Source of the DNA: Minisyncoccota bacterium
GTDB taxonomy: Bacteria > Patescibacteriota > Minisyncoccia > Phycocordibacterales > PALSA-1337
DNA length: 56,023 nucleotides
Direction of reading: 5' to 3'
Assembly (NCBI GenBank): GCA_028713005.1
Contig: JAQTPC010000006.1
Span: 1-56,023, forward strand
This document shows, piece after piece, positions 35,936 through 44,950 of the stretch. Within the stretch, counting starts at the first letter, position 1; every line of letters starts with the position of its first letter. The notes beneath the pieces are model-generated. The model had not been told where the DNA came from. It ran no database searches and saw nothing but the letters and a program-made list of their open reading frames with translations. Position numbers and translations under genes: made by a program.

Positions 35936-36811
35936 ATGAAAAATACCCTTAAGAAGGCCTATTATATGGCCTGTTTATTGGTTATCTCACACACGGTAGC
36001 CTGGGCAGATACGACGAATAGCGTCGCCAATACCCCAGGCACAACTCCCAACTACTCACTCTTGGAACAACCCTACGTTTCGCGCACATGGGTTGATACC
36101 TTTGAGGATCAACTCGACAAACGCGTTGCCGTGAACATCTTTGATTCATTCATGAGCAGCCAGGCGAACGTTCGGTGGACCCGAACGATAGGCAAAGAAG
36201 GATACCGCGCAAATGACGCTTACGCACATGCAGGAAGATCAGCTCTTCAGCATTCGTTGCAGTCGAGCATCCGCGAAACCATCGTCCAGTCTGTGCCTGG
36301 TGTCATCGAATCAAAAAACTGGTTCAGCCGATTGTTCGTAGGTTCTTTGGCTCACACCACTGAATCCTCAATCCGCCCGGCAGGGATAACTCCCATTGCT
36401 GCGCAAATGTCTTGGTGGGATGATACCCTATCAAAAAACCAAGTCTCTTACGGATCACGAGCGATTGATGGAGATTATCTGTATCTCGATAGCCGTTTCG
36501 GTCATTGGGGTAACGACAATCGTTCTGTCGGCGTGGCGCTGTTACGTCTCGACGGGGACTTGTTCAGTCTTCAGTCAAAAGCTGAAGCGCAGGTCTCATT
36601 CTTCTTGCCATGGTCATCGACGCTCACCGCAGGCGTGTCTTACATGATCACTGATCTGCATGACAGCAACAAAGGTTTGGAATGGTCGGTTGGACTGACT
36701 CATGTGATCAGTAAACGCCGTTACACTACAAGCGCTGCATATCTCGCGCTGTCGACCAACACTGAAAGTCACGCCCTTCTCGCTCAAGGTGGACTCAATC
36801 TGTTTTGGTAA
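35936..36811 (+). CDS. Secreted hypothetical protein with a beta-barrel-like C-terminus (ends ...GGLNLFW)
   Basis: The signal peptide is MKNTLKKAYYMACLLVISHTVAWA. The C-terminal half has an alternating pattern and the protein ends in aromatic residues F-W. It is GC-richer by eye. Confidence 0.6.
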   Translation: MKNTLKKAYYMACLLVISHTVAWADTTNSVANTPGTTPNYSLLEQPYVSRTWVDTFEDQLDKRVAVNIFDSFMSSQANVRWTRTIGKEGYRANDAYAHAGRSALQHSLQSSIRETIVQSVPGVIESKNWFSRLFVGSLAHTTESSIRPAGITPIAAQMSWWDDTLSKNQVSYGSRAIDGDYLYLDSRFGHWGNDNRSVGVALLRLDGDLFSLQSKAEAQVSFFLPWSSTLTAGVSYMITDLHDSNKGLEWSVGLTHVISKRRYTTSAAYLALSTNTESHALLAQGGLNLFW

Positions 36812-36818
36812 AGCACAA

Positions 36819-36850
36819 AGCCCGCTATCCTTTTGGTAGCGGGCTTTTTT
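36819..36850 (+). terminator. Intrinsic terminator
   Basis: AGCCCGCTA-loop-TAGCGGGCT followed by TTTTTT. Confidence 0.75.
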
Positions 36851-36866
36851 AATTGAAACGATATAA

Positions 36867-39578
36867 TCAATACCCCAAGGCCTTCAGTTTTGCGCGAGTG
36901 AGAGGACCGAAGAAACCAGTTGCAGGCAGACTGTTTGCTTTCTGGAATTTGGCAAGCGCTTTTTTTGTTAGACCTCCAAAAGTAGTCGTTTCGTGACCTG
37001 GTGAACCTGGGCCAGTGGTGGCAACAGTAAAGCCTGCAGCATTGAGATACTGTTGGAGGGTTTTGACTGAAGAAGACTGAGAACCGACGGTGAGGTTTTG
37101 GGTAAATGTGCTTGAATTGACTGGACTTTTGTTCTTGTTCAGTGACTCAAGATACGCTGTTGTTGCAGGTCCTGGAGCGAGGAGAGTTGCAAGAAAGGCA
37201 GATGAAACTGTGCCGCCGCTGCTTGTAGTTGTTGTTACAGGGGTTGTTGATGGACATGTAGATGTTGTAAATGTTGTATCAGTGCTTGTACCTGTTCCAG
37301 CGACATTAGTTGCAAATGCTTGAACATGGTACGTTGTTCCGCAGCTGAGTCCAGTGATGGACTGATTAAACGTACCAATATCAAATGTTCCAGTAGAGGA
37401 AGCAACTGACCCGTAGGATGTGGTTAGACCGTAGTTGAAACCTCTAATAGTAGAGGAGGCATGACCATCATCAGTCAGAGTAGCATTCAGAGTTGCACTA
37501 GTCGTATTCACTGATGAAGCAGTTTGGGTTGCCAATGTTGGTCTTGAATTTGGAAGCACTGTAATACTGGTACTTGCAGACGACGAAGGATCTGTAATAA
37601 CAAGTGTTCCCGTTTGACTTCCTGCGGAAATAATCAAAGTCGCAGTTGTTGATGAAGTAACAATTTGTGAAGTAATACTCGCCCCAGTTCCACCACTCAA
37701 AGTAAATACTGGTACGCTCGAAGTGCCTGTACCAGTCGTCCAAGACGTACTGCTCCCTGTCAAAGTAATAGTGTTCCCTGTACTATTTTGAAAAATTGAA
37801 GAAGGAGAAGCGGTGATACTAATATCTGCCAGCAATGCATTTGCTACATATGTGCCAAGATCAACTAACGCCTGTCCTTGTGGATGGATATGGAATGAGT
37901 CAAATAAAACAGGGTCATCTGAATTTTGCAAACTAGAAAGCGAAGCCGCATCAATAACGCGGGAAATACCTGTGATAGTGCCGTTCCTCTGCGCACTATT
38001 GTAATCTTGGGCAGCTGCCAAGAAACTTGCCTTGGTCACACCGTTACTAAAACCCCCGTCACGGGCTAGGGTTGTAATGGTAACTACTTTCCAGTTGCCT
38101 GCAGCATGAATATTATTTATCAATGCTTGAAGTTGAGCAATAGCAGTAGAGGTACTGACACCAGCAGCTAAGGAATTTGTTCCGATGAAAATCACCACCA
38201 CGTTACTCGCGCCGACAGGTACATAAAGCGGATTTAAATCACTAGACTGCCGGTTGATAAGGTCTTGAATTCCATCTCCTCCGACTCCTTTATTCGTAAA
38301 AAAGAATTCAAGTCCAGGCATGAATGGCTGAGCATAGGTAACAAAGCCCGGGTTAGATGCAGTAATCGAATCGCCGAACCATACAACATTGTTGTAATTA
38401 GTAACCTGTTCAATCTTTAGATTTTTTACCTGCTGATTTCCTCCAATGACAAGACTACTTATGGCAGAGCGATCTACAGATGGATTCGCATTAATATCAG
38501 ATCCCCAACGAGCGCCATTCATAATAATGCGGATATTTGCCGGCCCCCATTCAACTCCAAAATTATTCAGAACATTGACAGTACTCGTTGGAATAATACT
38601 TGTATATATAGGATTAGAAGCATTTACACCAAGAAGAGAACCACCGTATTTTCCAATGGATGAACTTACAGGATTGTAATTTGGAATAACCGGGCCTAAA
38701 GTAAACGAACCGCCGTTTGCGCTATTATTTAGCAGTGTAACATCCGCTGTCATACGGTAACGAGAGCTTGTTGCAAATCCCGAAAGACCATTAAGAGTTA
38801 GGCTATCACTTTGTCTGTCACCTCTTAGCCAAAAAGGCGAGGTCGGGGCATCACTATTTTCATTTTGCGCCATATCCACCGCAATCGAGTCGCCGCTTGT
38901 TCCTAACTTAAAGCCTATAATTGGACTGGTTACCGCTGAGGCGGTTGTTGTGGAAACGCGCACATATGTAGAATTGTTGATCAATGAAGTCACATCACTC
39001 CAATTTGTGCCATCTTGAGTTATAAACACAGACCCACTACCAGTAAGACGTTTGACGTAAGCGGAAAAAGTTCGCACCGAACTCGCAAGCACCGTGGTTG
39101 TGGCCAGAATAGTGGCATTGTTTGCAGTTGCCGTTATAGCGCTCGCAACATTCAGGTCCGCTGTTCCGGTTGCGGTTTGGGTGGTGACTCCCGGCTGATT
39201 CTTAAGTGCGGTCATATTGACCTTTACCCATGCTGTTAACGTCAAATCTCGTGTCTCACTGTTTGGGTAAGGAAAAAAGTTATTATTGTTGTTAACTGCT
39301 GTCTCATTTGTATAGGCTCCATTTGAAAATCGTGGCGTCTGATGACCTTTATCCAGCCATAAACCTGAAGATTGTTGCTCAGCTGCATCAAAGTTTCTAG
39401 AAAACGAGGAGGTGCTGGTGCCGACAGTCGCAGTAAAATTTGATGTTAACGGCCAAAAATAGAGAGTCGTAGTAGAAATAGTCGAATAGAATAGGCCGGT
39501 AGCTTGAGCCGTTTGGACAAAAGAAAAACTAAATAGTATTAGAAGGAGCGGAATTACAAGTAGAGAGAACTTTTTCAT
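36867..39578 (-). CDS. Large secreted multidomain protein: N-terminal lectin-like region, SGNH/GDSL hydrolase, FN3-like module and a C-terminal peptidoglycan-binding domain
   Basis: The signal peptide is MKKFSLLVIPLLLILFSFSFVQTAQA. SGNH blocks are VVWFGDSITA, IGTNSL and DSFHIHPQG. The FN3-like module is PTLATQTASSVNTTSATLNATL...TTYHVQAFATNVAGTG. The PG_binding_1-like tail is VKTLQQYLNAAGF...FGGLTKKALAKFQKANSLPATGFFGPLT. Confidence 0.85.
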   Translation of the reverse strand: MKKFSLLVIPLLLILFSFSFVQTAQATGLFYSTISTTTLYFWPLTSNFTATVGTSTSSFSRNFDAAEQQSSGLWLDKGHQTPRFSNGAYTNETAVNNNNNFFPYPNSETRDLTLTAWVKVNMTALKNQPGVTTQTATGTADLNVASAITATANNATILATTTVLASSVRTFSAYVKRLTGSGSVFITQDGTNWSDVTSLINNSTYVRVSTTTASAVTSPIIGFKLGTSGDSIAVDMAQNENSDAPTSPFWLRGDRQSDSLTLNGLSGFATSSRYRMTADVTLLNNSANGGSFTLGPVIPNYNPVSSSIGKYGGSLLGVNASNPIYTSIIPTSTVNVLNNFGVEWGPANIRIIMNGARWGSDINANPSVDRSAISSLVIGGNQQVKNLKIEQVTNYNNVVWFGDSITASNPGFVTYAQPFMPGLEFFFTNKGVGGDGIQDLINRQSSDLNPLYVPVGASNVVVIFIGTNSLAAGVSTSTAIAQLQALINNIHAAGNWKVVTITTLARDGGFSNGVTKASFLAAAQDYNSAQRNGTITGISRVIDAASLSSLQNSDDPVLFDSFHIHPQGQALVDLGTYVANALLADISITASPSSIFQNSTGNTITLTGSSTSWTTGTGTSSVPVFTLSGGTGASITSQIVTSSTTATLIISAGSQTGTLVITDPSSSASTSITVLPNSRPTLATQTASSVNTTSATLNATLTDDGHASSTIRGFNYGLTTSYGSVASSTGTFDIGTFNQSITGLSCGTTYHVQAFATNVAGTGTSTDTTFTTSTCPSTTPVTTTTSSGGTVSSAFLATLLAPGPATTAYLESLNKNKSPVNSSTFTQNLTVGSQSSSVKTLQQYLNAAGFTVATTGPGSPGHETTTFGGLTKKALAKFQKANSLPATGFFGPLTRAKLKALGY

Positions 39579-39619
39579 GTAAATATATTATACCTGACAA
39601 AACCTTGAGAATCACCCCA

Positions 39620-39628
39620 CCCCCCCCC
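39620..39628. repeat. Homopolymeric C9 tract (G9 on the coding strand), preceded by C4-A, in the promoter region of the 903-aa surface protein gene
   Basis: Read directly as ccccaccccccccc at 39615..39628. A TATAAT on the minus strand at 39592..39587 lies 8 nt upstream of ATG 39578. Confidence 0.9.
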
Positions 39629-39651
39629 GCTATCCACAGTCAATCAAAAAC

Positions 39652-40971
39652 CTACAACTTAGTAATATCTCTCGGGTAAAATGCATCGAGCGTCCAATCC
39701 ATCACTATACGCAAGCGCTTTTTCCATGAGATGAATTTGAACAGATATACTGTACGCCAGAGCCACCAGGTTAGTCGTCCCGCTATCTTCATCGAGAATA
39801 TCTCACCGATAGCGAACCACTGCCCCACTGAGACCATCGAACCTTTTGAATGAAATTCAAACTTCTTCATTTTCTTTCCTTTAGTGAAGGCACGAATGTT
39901 TGCGGCCACTGAACGTGACTGACCCACTGCAACCTGAGCCAGCATCGGCATAGTCATCGGCTTTTCTGCAGTCGTATGCATTGTATCGATATAGCCAGCC
40001 ACATCGCCGAGTGCAAAGATTCTCTCATCGCCACCGAGACGGAAATATTCATCTACCACCAAACGTCCGCCGATAAGTGCGGGCATGTCACCAACAAATG
40101 GAGGGATAATTGGTTTTACACCTGCTGCCCAGATGACTGTCGATGCTGACACGGTCGTATTGTTGGCAAGTTCCAAACCACGTGGAGTGACGTTAATGAC
40201 CGTCGCATTGAGCTGGAGCTGAACCCCTGCTTCTTTGAGCTTATCTGCTGCAGCCTGACGGAGCGATGGACTGAATTGTTGGAGCAACTCTGTGCCGGCA
40301 TGGATGAGAGTGATGGTTGGCTCTTCAGGACCACAGCTACCCGCTTCATTCGGGTTGCATTTTGTATCGTGGTAGTAACGTTTGACCATGCCCTTTATGA
40401 GCTCAGAAAGTTCAGAAACTATCTCAATGCCCGTAGGGCCGCCACCAACAACAACAAAAGAAAGGAGTCGTGCGCGCACCACTGGATCATCACAAAGTAT
40501 TGCTTCTTCAAATGAATCGATCACGCGGCGACGGATCTCCGCAGCATCTGCAAGAGTTTTGAGCGGATACGTATGAATGTCAGCACCAGGAATATTGTAA
40601 TAGTTGGTTGTAGCACCTGTGGCAATCACAAGGAAATCATAGGTAATCTCATGTTTGATGCGATGATGAACATCGTCACCGTTGATGTCGCCAAGCACGG
40701 TAACCATGCGGTGCTCACGGTCGATCGAAGTCACGGTACCCTGGCATATTTTGATATCAGTACCTGCAAATATCTCACGGAGTGGTTCTGCCACTGACTG
40801 TGGCGCAAGTGCGCCTGTCGCTACTTCATGCAAAAGAGGTGTGAAGAGAAAGTAGTTTGTTTCGTTGACGATAGTTACATCGACTTCACCTTTTTTTACA
40901 AGAGACTTGAGTTCGCGCGCAACATACATACCACCGAATCCGGCACCAAGAATAAGTATATGAGGCTTCAT
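39652..40971 (-). CDS. ndh: Type II NADH dehydrogenase (NDH-2)
   Basis: Two dinucleotide-binding motifs are present, ILILGAGFGGMY and VVVGGGPTGIE, plus a C-terminal membrane-association region. Confidence 0.9.
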   Translation of the reverse strand: MKPHILILGAGFGGMYVARELKSLVKKGEVDVTIVNETNYFLFTPLLHEVATGALAPQSVAEPLREIFAGTDIKICQGTVTSIDREHRMVTVLGDINGDDVHHRIKHEITYDFLVIATGATTNYYNIPGADIHTYPLKTLADAAEIRRRVIDSFEEAILCDDPVVRARLLSFVVVGGGPTGIEIVSELSELIKGMVKRYYHDTKCNPNEAGSCGPEEPTITLIHAGTELLQQFSPSLRQAAADKLKEAGVQLQLNATVINVTPRGLELANNTTVSASTVIWAAGVKPIIPPFVGDMPALIGGRLVVDEYFRLGGDERIFALGDVAGYIDTMHTTAEKPMTMPMLAQVAVGQSRSVAANIRAFTKGKKMKKFEFHSKGSMVSVGQWFAIGEIFSMKIAGRLTWWLWRTVYLFKFISWKKRLRIVMDWTLDAFYPRDITKL

Positions 40972-41003
40972 GCGCTCAATTGTATCACTTAAAGTATATT
41001 TTG

Positions 41004-41744
41004 CTAAATAACACTAATAGCGAGATAGAGCACTCCAGCACCGAGAATAGTCATGGCTGTAGTGAGGAATTTCGGATGAGCATGATGACTCTCAGGAACG
41101 AGATCACTTGCACCGATATAGAGGAAAAAGCCTGAAAAGAGAGCGAGGATGAGAGCGAGGCCCTGAGCTGAAACTGTGAAGAAAAGTGTTGAGATGATAC
41201 CGAGCACAGGTGCCACCGCATCGACAATGAGCCAACGAAAGGCTTTGATGCGAGTCCCTCCATTTTTCAAGATCATGCTGACCGTGTTGATACCATCAGA
41301 AAAATCGTGAGTAAGAACTGCAATGGTAACAACTATACCGACAGCTGCTGATACTTGGAATGCAAGACCAATAGCGATGCCGTCGAGGAAACTGTGCACC
41401 GAGAGACTGGCGGCGCCGAGTATGCCTCTATTGTGCGCGACTGCATGTGCGTCATGACTGCCCCCTTCTTCATCTTCATGAGCATGTGCATGGAGAAAGA
41501 CAACACGGTCGAGGATGAGATAAGCGATAAAACCGATTGCAACAATAGTGAGGATTGTATTGTTTGAATAAAATCCGGCGCCGAGCTCAAGTGCCTCAGG
41601 TATGAGATCAAAGAATGCCACAGCTATGACTGCACCCGCTGAAAAGCCGAGGATGAGATGGAGCTTGTCGCGTAGGCGGAGTGCGAAAAGACCTCCGAGG
41701 AGAGTTGCTATGAGGGCACTGAGAGCGATAAGGGTGATAGTCAT
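41004..41744 (-). CDS. ZIP-family (ZupT-like) metal transporter
   Basis: The start is trimmed to MTITLIALSALIATLLGG. There is a His-rich loop HAHAHEDEEGGSHDAHAVAH and HDFSDG/ESHH motifs. Confidence 0.85.
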   Translation of the reverse strand: MTITLIALSALIATLLGGLFALRLRDKLHLILGFSAGAVIAVAFFDLIPEALELGAGFYSNNTILTIVAIGFIAYLILDRVVFLHAHAHEDEEGGSHDAHAVAHNRGILGAASLSVHSFLDGIAIGLAFQVSAAVGIVVTIAVLTHDFSDGINTVSMILKNGGTRIKAFRWLIVDAVAPVLGIISTLFFTVSAQGLALILALFSGFFLYIGASDLVPESHHAHPKFLTTAMTILGAGVLYLAISVI

Positions 41745-41781
41745 GTTTTTATTTAAAGTTTTTATTTCAAAATAATTAAAA

Positions 41782-42243
41782 TTAAACGCAGTTTTTACAC
41801 ACACCAAAGAATTCGAGGGAATGGTTATGTATGACTCTGAACTTTTTTGATTCACCTGCTACATATTCTGTCACTTTTTGTACAGGGCATTTTTCCAAAC
41901 TCTCTACTTCCTCTATGTCGCCACAACTGTTGCAAATAATATGGTGATGATGCTTTCTTCCGTAGGTCATTTCATACAGAGAATCTGCTGACCCGAAATT
42001 GATACGATGTATTAAACGGGCTTTAACGAGGCTTTCTAATATCCTAAATAGTGATGACCTATCCAAATCGGTAATCTTTTTTCTGATTTCTAATACAGTT
42101 AAAGGGTGTTTCTCTTTACTGAGCATGCATAACAATGCTATTCGGCCTGGAGTTGCCTTGAGTCGAACTGACCATAACATATGCGAAAACAGGTTGTCGC
42201 CCGTATTACTGTTTGAATTGTCGTCAGGTATGCGTCGTGTCAT
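41782..42243 (-). CDS. Fur-family metalloregulator, probably Zur (adjacent to the ZIP transporter)
   Basis: RLKATPGRIALLCMLSKEKHPLTVLEI, HHHHIICNSCGDI and GVCKNC are present. ATG 42243 is preferred over GTG 42261. Confidence 0.85.
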   Translation of the reverse strand: MTRRIPDDNSNSNTGDNLFSHMLWSVRLKATPGRIALLCMLSKEKHPLTVLEIRKKITDLDRSSLFRILESLVKARLIHRINFGSADSLYEMTYGRKHHHHIICNSCGDIEEVESLEKCPVQKVTEYVAGESKKFRVIHNHSLEFFGVCKNCV

Positions 42244-42254
42244 GTAAATGTCAC

Positions 42255-42344
42255 TGTACACTAAATAAGACTATGTTGCAATTACCATCCAAGTATTCAG
42301 CATATTATTCTTGGTAAATGAGACTAAATCTTATTTACTGTACA
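42255..42344. promoter_or_regulatory. Pair of inverted 15-mers (TGTACACTAAATAAG / CTTATTTACTGTACA, 14 of 15 complementary) upstream of the Fur-family gene; candidate operators
   Basis: Read directly at 42255..42269 and 42330..42344. The proximal copy lies 12-26 nt upstream of the ATG. Confidence 0.3.
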
Positions 42345-42474
42345 TGCAGATTCTCTCTATATACCACCAATACGCTCGACCAGCGCCGCATGCACAACCG
42401 TGCTACTCAATCAACTCAACAAAAAGTCTGCCCCCGTCGTCGCCCTGCTGATGCTCACCCTTATCCGTTTGCGA

Positions 42475-42927
42475 TTATTTTTTACTTGAATAATGTCTCA
42501 ACGGGTGCAAATGCGAAGCAACACCGATAGCGGCAGCTATAACAACTAAATTTTTAATGATGTACTGCCCTTCTAATGTCGGCACCAAAAAACTCTGCCA
42601 CGTCTCACTCGGCAAAAGAATCAACGGCATAAACGTCGTCATCATATGAACAAAAAGTAATGGGATGACAACACGCTCATATCCACGAATCAAAAAGAGA
42701 ATACCGATGAGACATTCAAATAATCCAAACAAAACAATAAATGTTGGAAAACTCATAAAAGAGATAGTCTGCTCAAAAAGCGCCTGAACAAGTGGTGTTG
42801 CCGGGCTCAAACCAAGGACTTTCAAAATACCAAACCAAAAGAAAATGACGAAGAGACCGAAACGCGCTACTGGCACAGATATTTTTCGAAAGAAGTGAAT
42901 GAGTGCTATATCAAATGTGTATGGCAT
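42475..42927 (-). CDS. Small integral membrane protein (about 4 TM)
   Basis: The start is trimmed to MPYTFDIALIHFF (ATG 42927). The longer track ORF overlaps the permease gene. Confidence 0.6.
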   Translation of the reverse strand: MPYTFDIALIHFFRKISVPVARFGLFVIFFWFGILKVLGLSPATPLVQALFEQTISFMSFPTFIVLFGLFECLIGILFLIRGYERVVIPLLFVHMMTTFMPLILLPSETWQSFLVPTLEGQYIIKNLVVIAAAIGVASHLHPLRHYSSKK

Positions 42928-42941
42928 AAAATTTAAAATTA

Positions 42942-44180
42942 TTACTCGTACCTGAGCGCCTCTATCGGACTCTTCTTTGATGCCTGACTTGCTGGATATC
43001 CACCAAAGATAAGCCCAATTAATCCTGACACCACAAGACCCATGATTGCTCCACTCCATGGAAATATAAACTGCCAATTGACCCCGAGTCCCTTAGACAA
43101 AACAATAGCAATAATATAAGCCAGTGAAGCTCCAAGAATGATACCCACCAACCCACCTATAGCAGTGAGCAGCACCGCTTCGAGCAAGAACTGTGACAAT
43201 ATATCTTTGTCTGTGGCACCAAGAGCTTTACGAAGACCAATCTCACGAGTACGCTCAGTAACCGATACGAGCATGATATTCATGATACCTACACCACCCA
43301 CAAAGAGAGCAATCGAAGCAACTGCCACCAAGAACCAGGTGAGCGCACCAGTGATAGTACTCAGACGATTGGCAAGATCTTGTTGCGTCTGAACAGTAAA
43401 GTCATCTTTTGTTGCATCAGTAATATTATGCGAATCACGGAGCGTGCGTGCGATGTCCTGCGCAGCTGCGGGTACCTGAGCGTCAGTTCCTGTCTGAGTA
43501 ATGATACGGTTAAAATACTTGATACCAAGAAGATAATCCTGGGCAGTCGTATACGGCATGAGTGTCATACTATCAAAATTGAACAACGAACCACCTCCTG
43601 TTGGCGGCAAGGTGCCGATGACTTTAAAATTTCTGCCTTTGATCTTTATCTTTTGACCAACAGGATTATCACTACCGAAAAGGTGCTCAACTACTTTTGA
43701 ACCAATAACAGCGACGTCAGTACGCGAGAGCACATCATCACTCGTGAAGAATTCACCACGATTCGGGGTAAGATCAAATATCTCAGCAAGACGCTCAGTT
43801 GCACCGAATACTGATACTTGATATGCATTTGCCTCATATGCCGCTGTACCTGCCCCAAAGACTGTTGGCATGACGAATTTCAAATCAGGGACATTAGCCT
43901 TGTTTTGCAACGCTTGTACGTCTTTGATCTTGAGCGAGTCGCTATACAGCGCACTGACATCTGATGGACCAGTCGGTTCACGTCCAGGAATGATAGCAAT
44001 AGTATTTGTACCCAAGCCCTGTACTTGGCCGAGGATAAGAGCCTGTGCTCCCCCGCCGAGAGAGATGACTAGCATGATAGCAGTGATACCGATAACAATA
44101 CCCAAGATCGTCAAAGCTGAACGAGAGCGATTCGTTGTAAGTCCGGTCAATGAAGTTTTGAATAAATGGGCGTAGGTCAT
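42942..44180 (-). CDS. ABC transporter permease (MacB/FtsX family), paralog of 23945..25171
   Basis: VGGVGIMNIMLVSVTERTREIGLRKALGATDKDI...PIEALRYE. Confidence 0.9.
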   Translation of the reverse strand: MTYAHLFKTSLTGLTTNRSRSALTILGIVIGITAIMLVISLGGGAQALILGQVQGLGTNTIAIIPGREPTGPSDVSALYSDSLKIKDVQALQNKANVPDLKFVMPTVFGAGTAAYEANAYQVSVFGATERLAEIFDLTPNRGEFFTSDDVLSRTDVAVIGSKVVEHLFGSDNPVGQKIKIKGRNFKVIGTLPPTGGGSLFNFDSMTLMPYTTAQDYLLGIKYFNRIITQTGTDAQVPAAAQDIARTLRDSHNITDATKDDFTVQTQQDLANRLSTITGALTWFLVAVASIALFVGGVGIMNIMLVSVTERTREIGLRKALGATDKDILSQFLLEAVLLTAIGGLVGIILGASLAYIIAIVLSKGLGVNWQFIFPWSGAIMGLVVSGLIGLIFGGYPASQASKKSPIEALRYE

Positions 44181-44198
44181 ATGTTTGTGTGATTTTTC

Positions 44199-44924
44199 TT
44201 ATTTCACGTACTCATCGTCAGCCGAGAGACGCTTTTTTACTTGCGTATCGCTCTCCAGTTCGCCATCACGAAGACGAATGATGCGTTCTGAATGTTCTGC
44301 TGTAGAAGTTTCATGAGTGATAAGTACGATTGTCTTTCCTTCTTTTTCATTGAGTCGTTGGATAATAGACATGACCACTTTACCCGACTTGGAGTCGAGG
44401 TTTCCTGTTGGTTCATCTGCAAAAATAACTTCAGGGTCAGTGACCAGCGCACGAGCGATAGCAACGCGCTGGCGTTCACCACCCGAAAGCTCCGCCTGAT
44501 GATGACCAATACGATGGCCGAGACCAACATCCTCAATCGCTTTGGTAGCACGTTCATTCCACTCATGCTCAGGCACATCAGAGTACACAAGTGGCAACTT
44601 CACGTTTTCGAGAACTGTCGTACGTGCAAGCAAATTGAATGATTGAAATACGAAACCAATCTCTTTGTTGCGTAGCTGTGCAAGCTCGTCACCTGAATAT
44701 GAAGTAACCTGTTTTCCATTGAACGAATAATGACCACTGGTTGGTGAATCAAGTAGACCAAGGAGATGTAGGAGCGTCGATTTACCTGATCCTGAGGGAC
44801 CCATGATAGCAACGAACTCCCCTTTGCGTATATTGAAGGTAACACCAGAAAGTGCGACAGTTTCAGTGATACCATCGTGATAGGCTTTCTTGAGGTTTTT
44901 GACTTCGATGATGTTTGTCGTCAT
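44199..44924 (-). CDS. ABC transporter ATP-binding protein (MacB type), paralog of 23195..23914
   Basis: [25 protein letters not shown] and [12 protein letters not shown] are present. Confidence 0.95.
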   Translation of the reverse strand: MTTNIIEVKNLKKAYHDGITETVALSGVTFNIRKGEFVAIMGPSGSGKSTLLHLLGLLDSPTSGHYSFNGKQVTSYSGDELAQLRNKEIGFVFQSFNLLARTTVLENVKLPLVYSDVPEHEWNERATKAIEDVGLGHRIGHHQAELSGGERQRVAIARALVTDPEVIFADEPTGNLDSKSGKVVMSIIQRLNEKEGKTIVLITHETSTAEHSERIIRLRDGELESDTQVKKRLSADDEYVK

Positions 44925-44950
44925 TTACTTTTACCTTTTGCTCTTTTACT

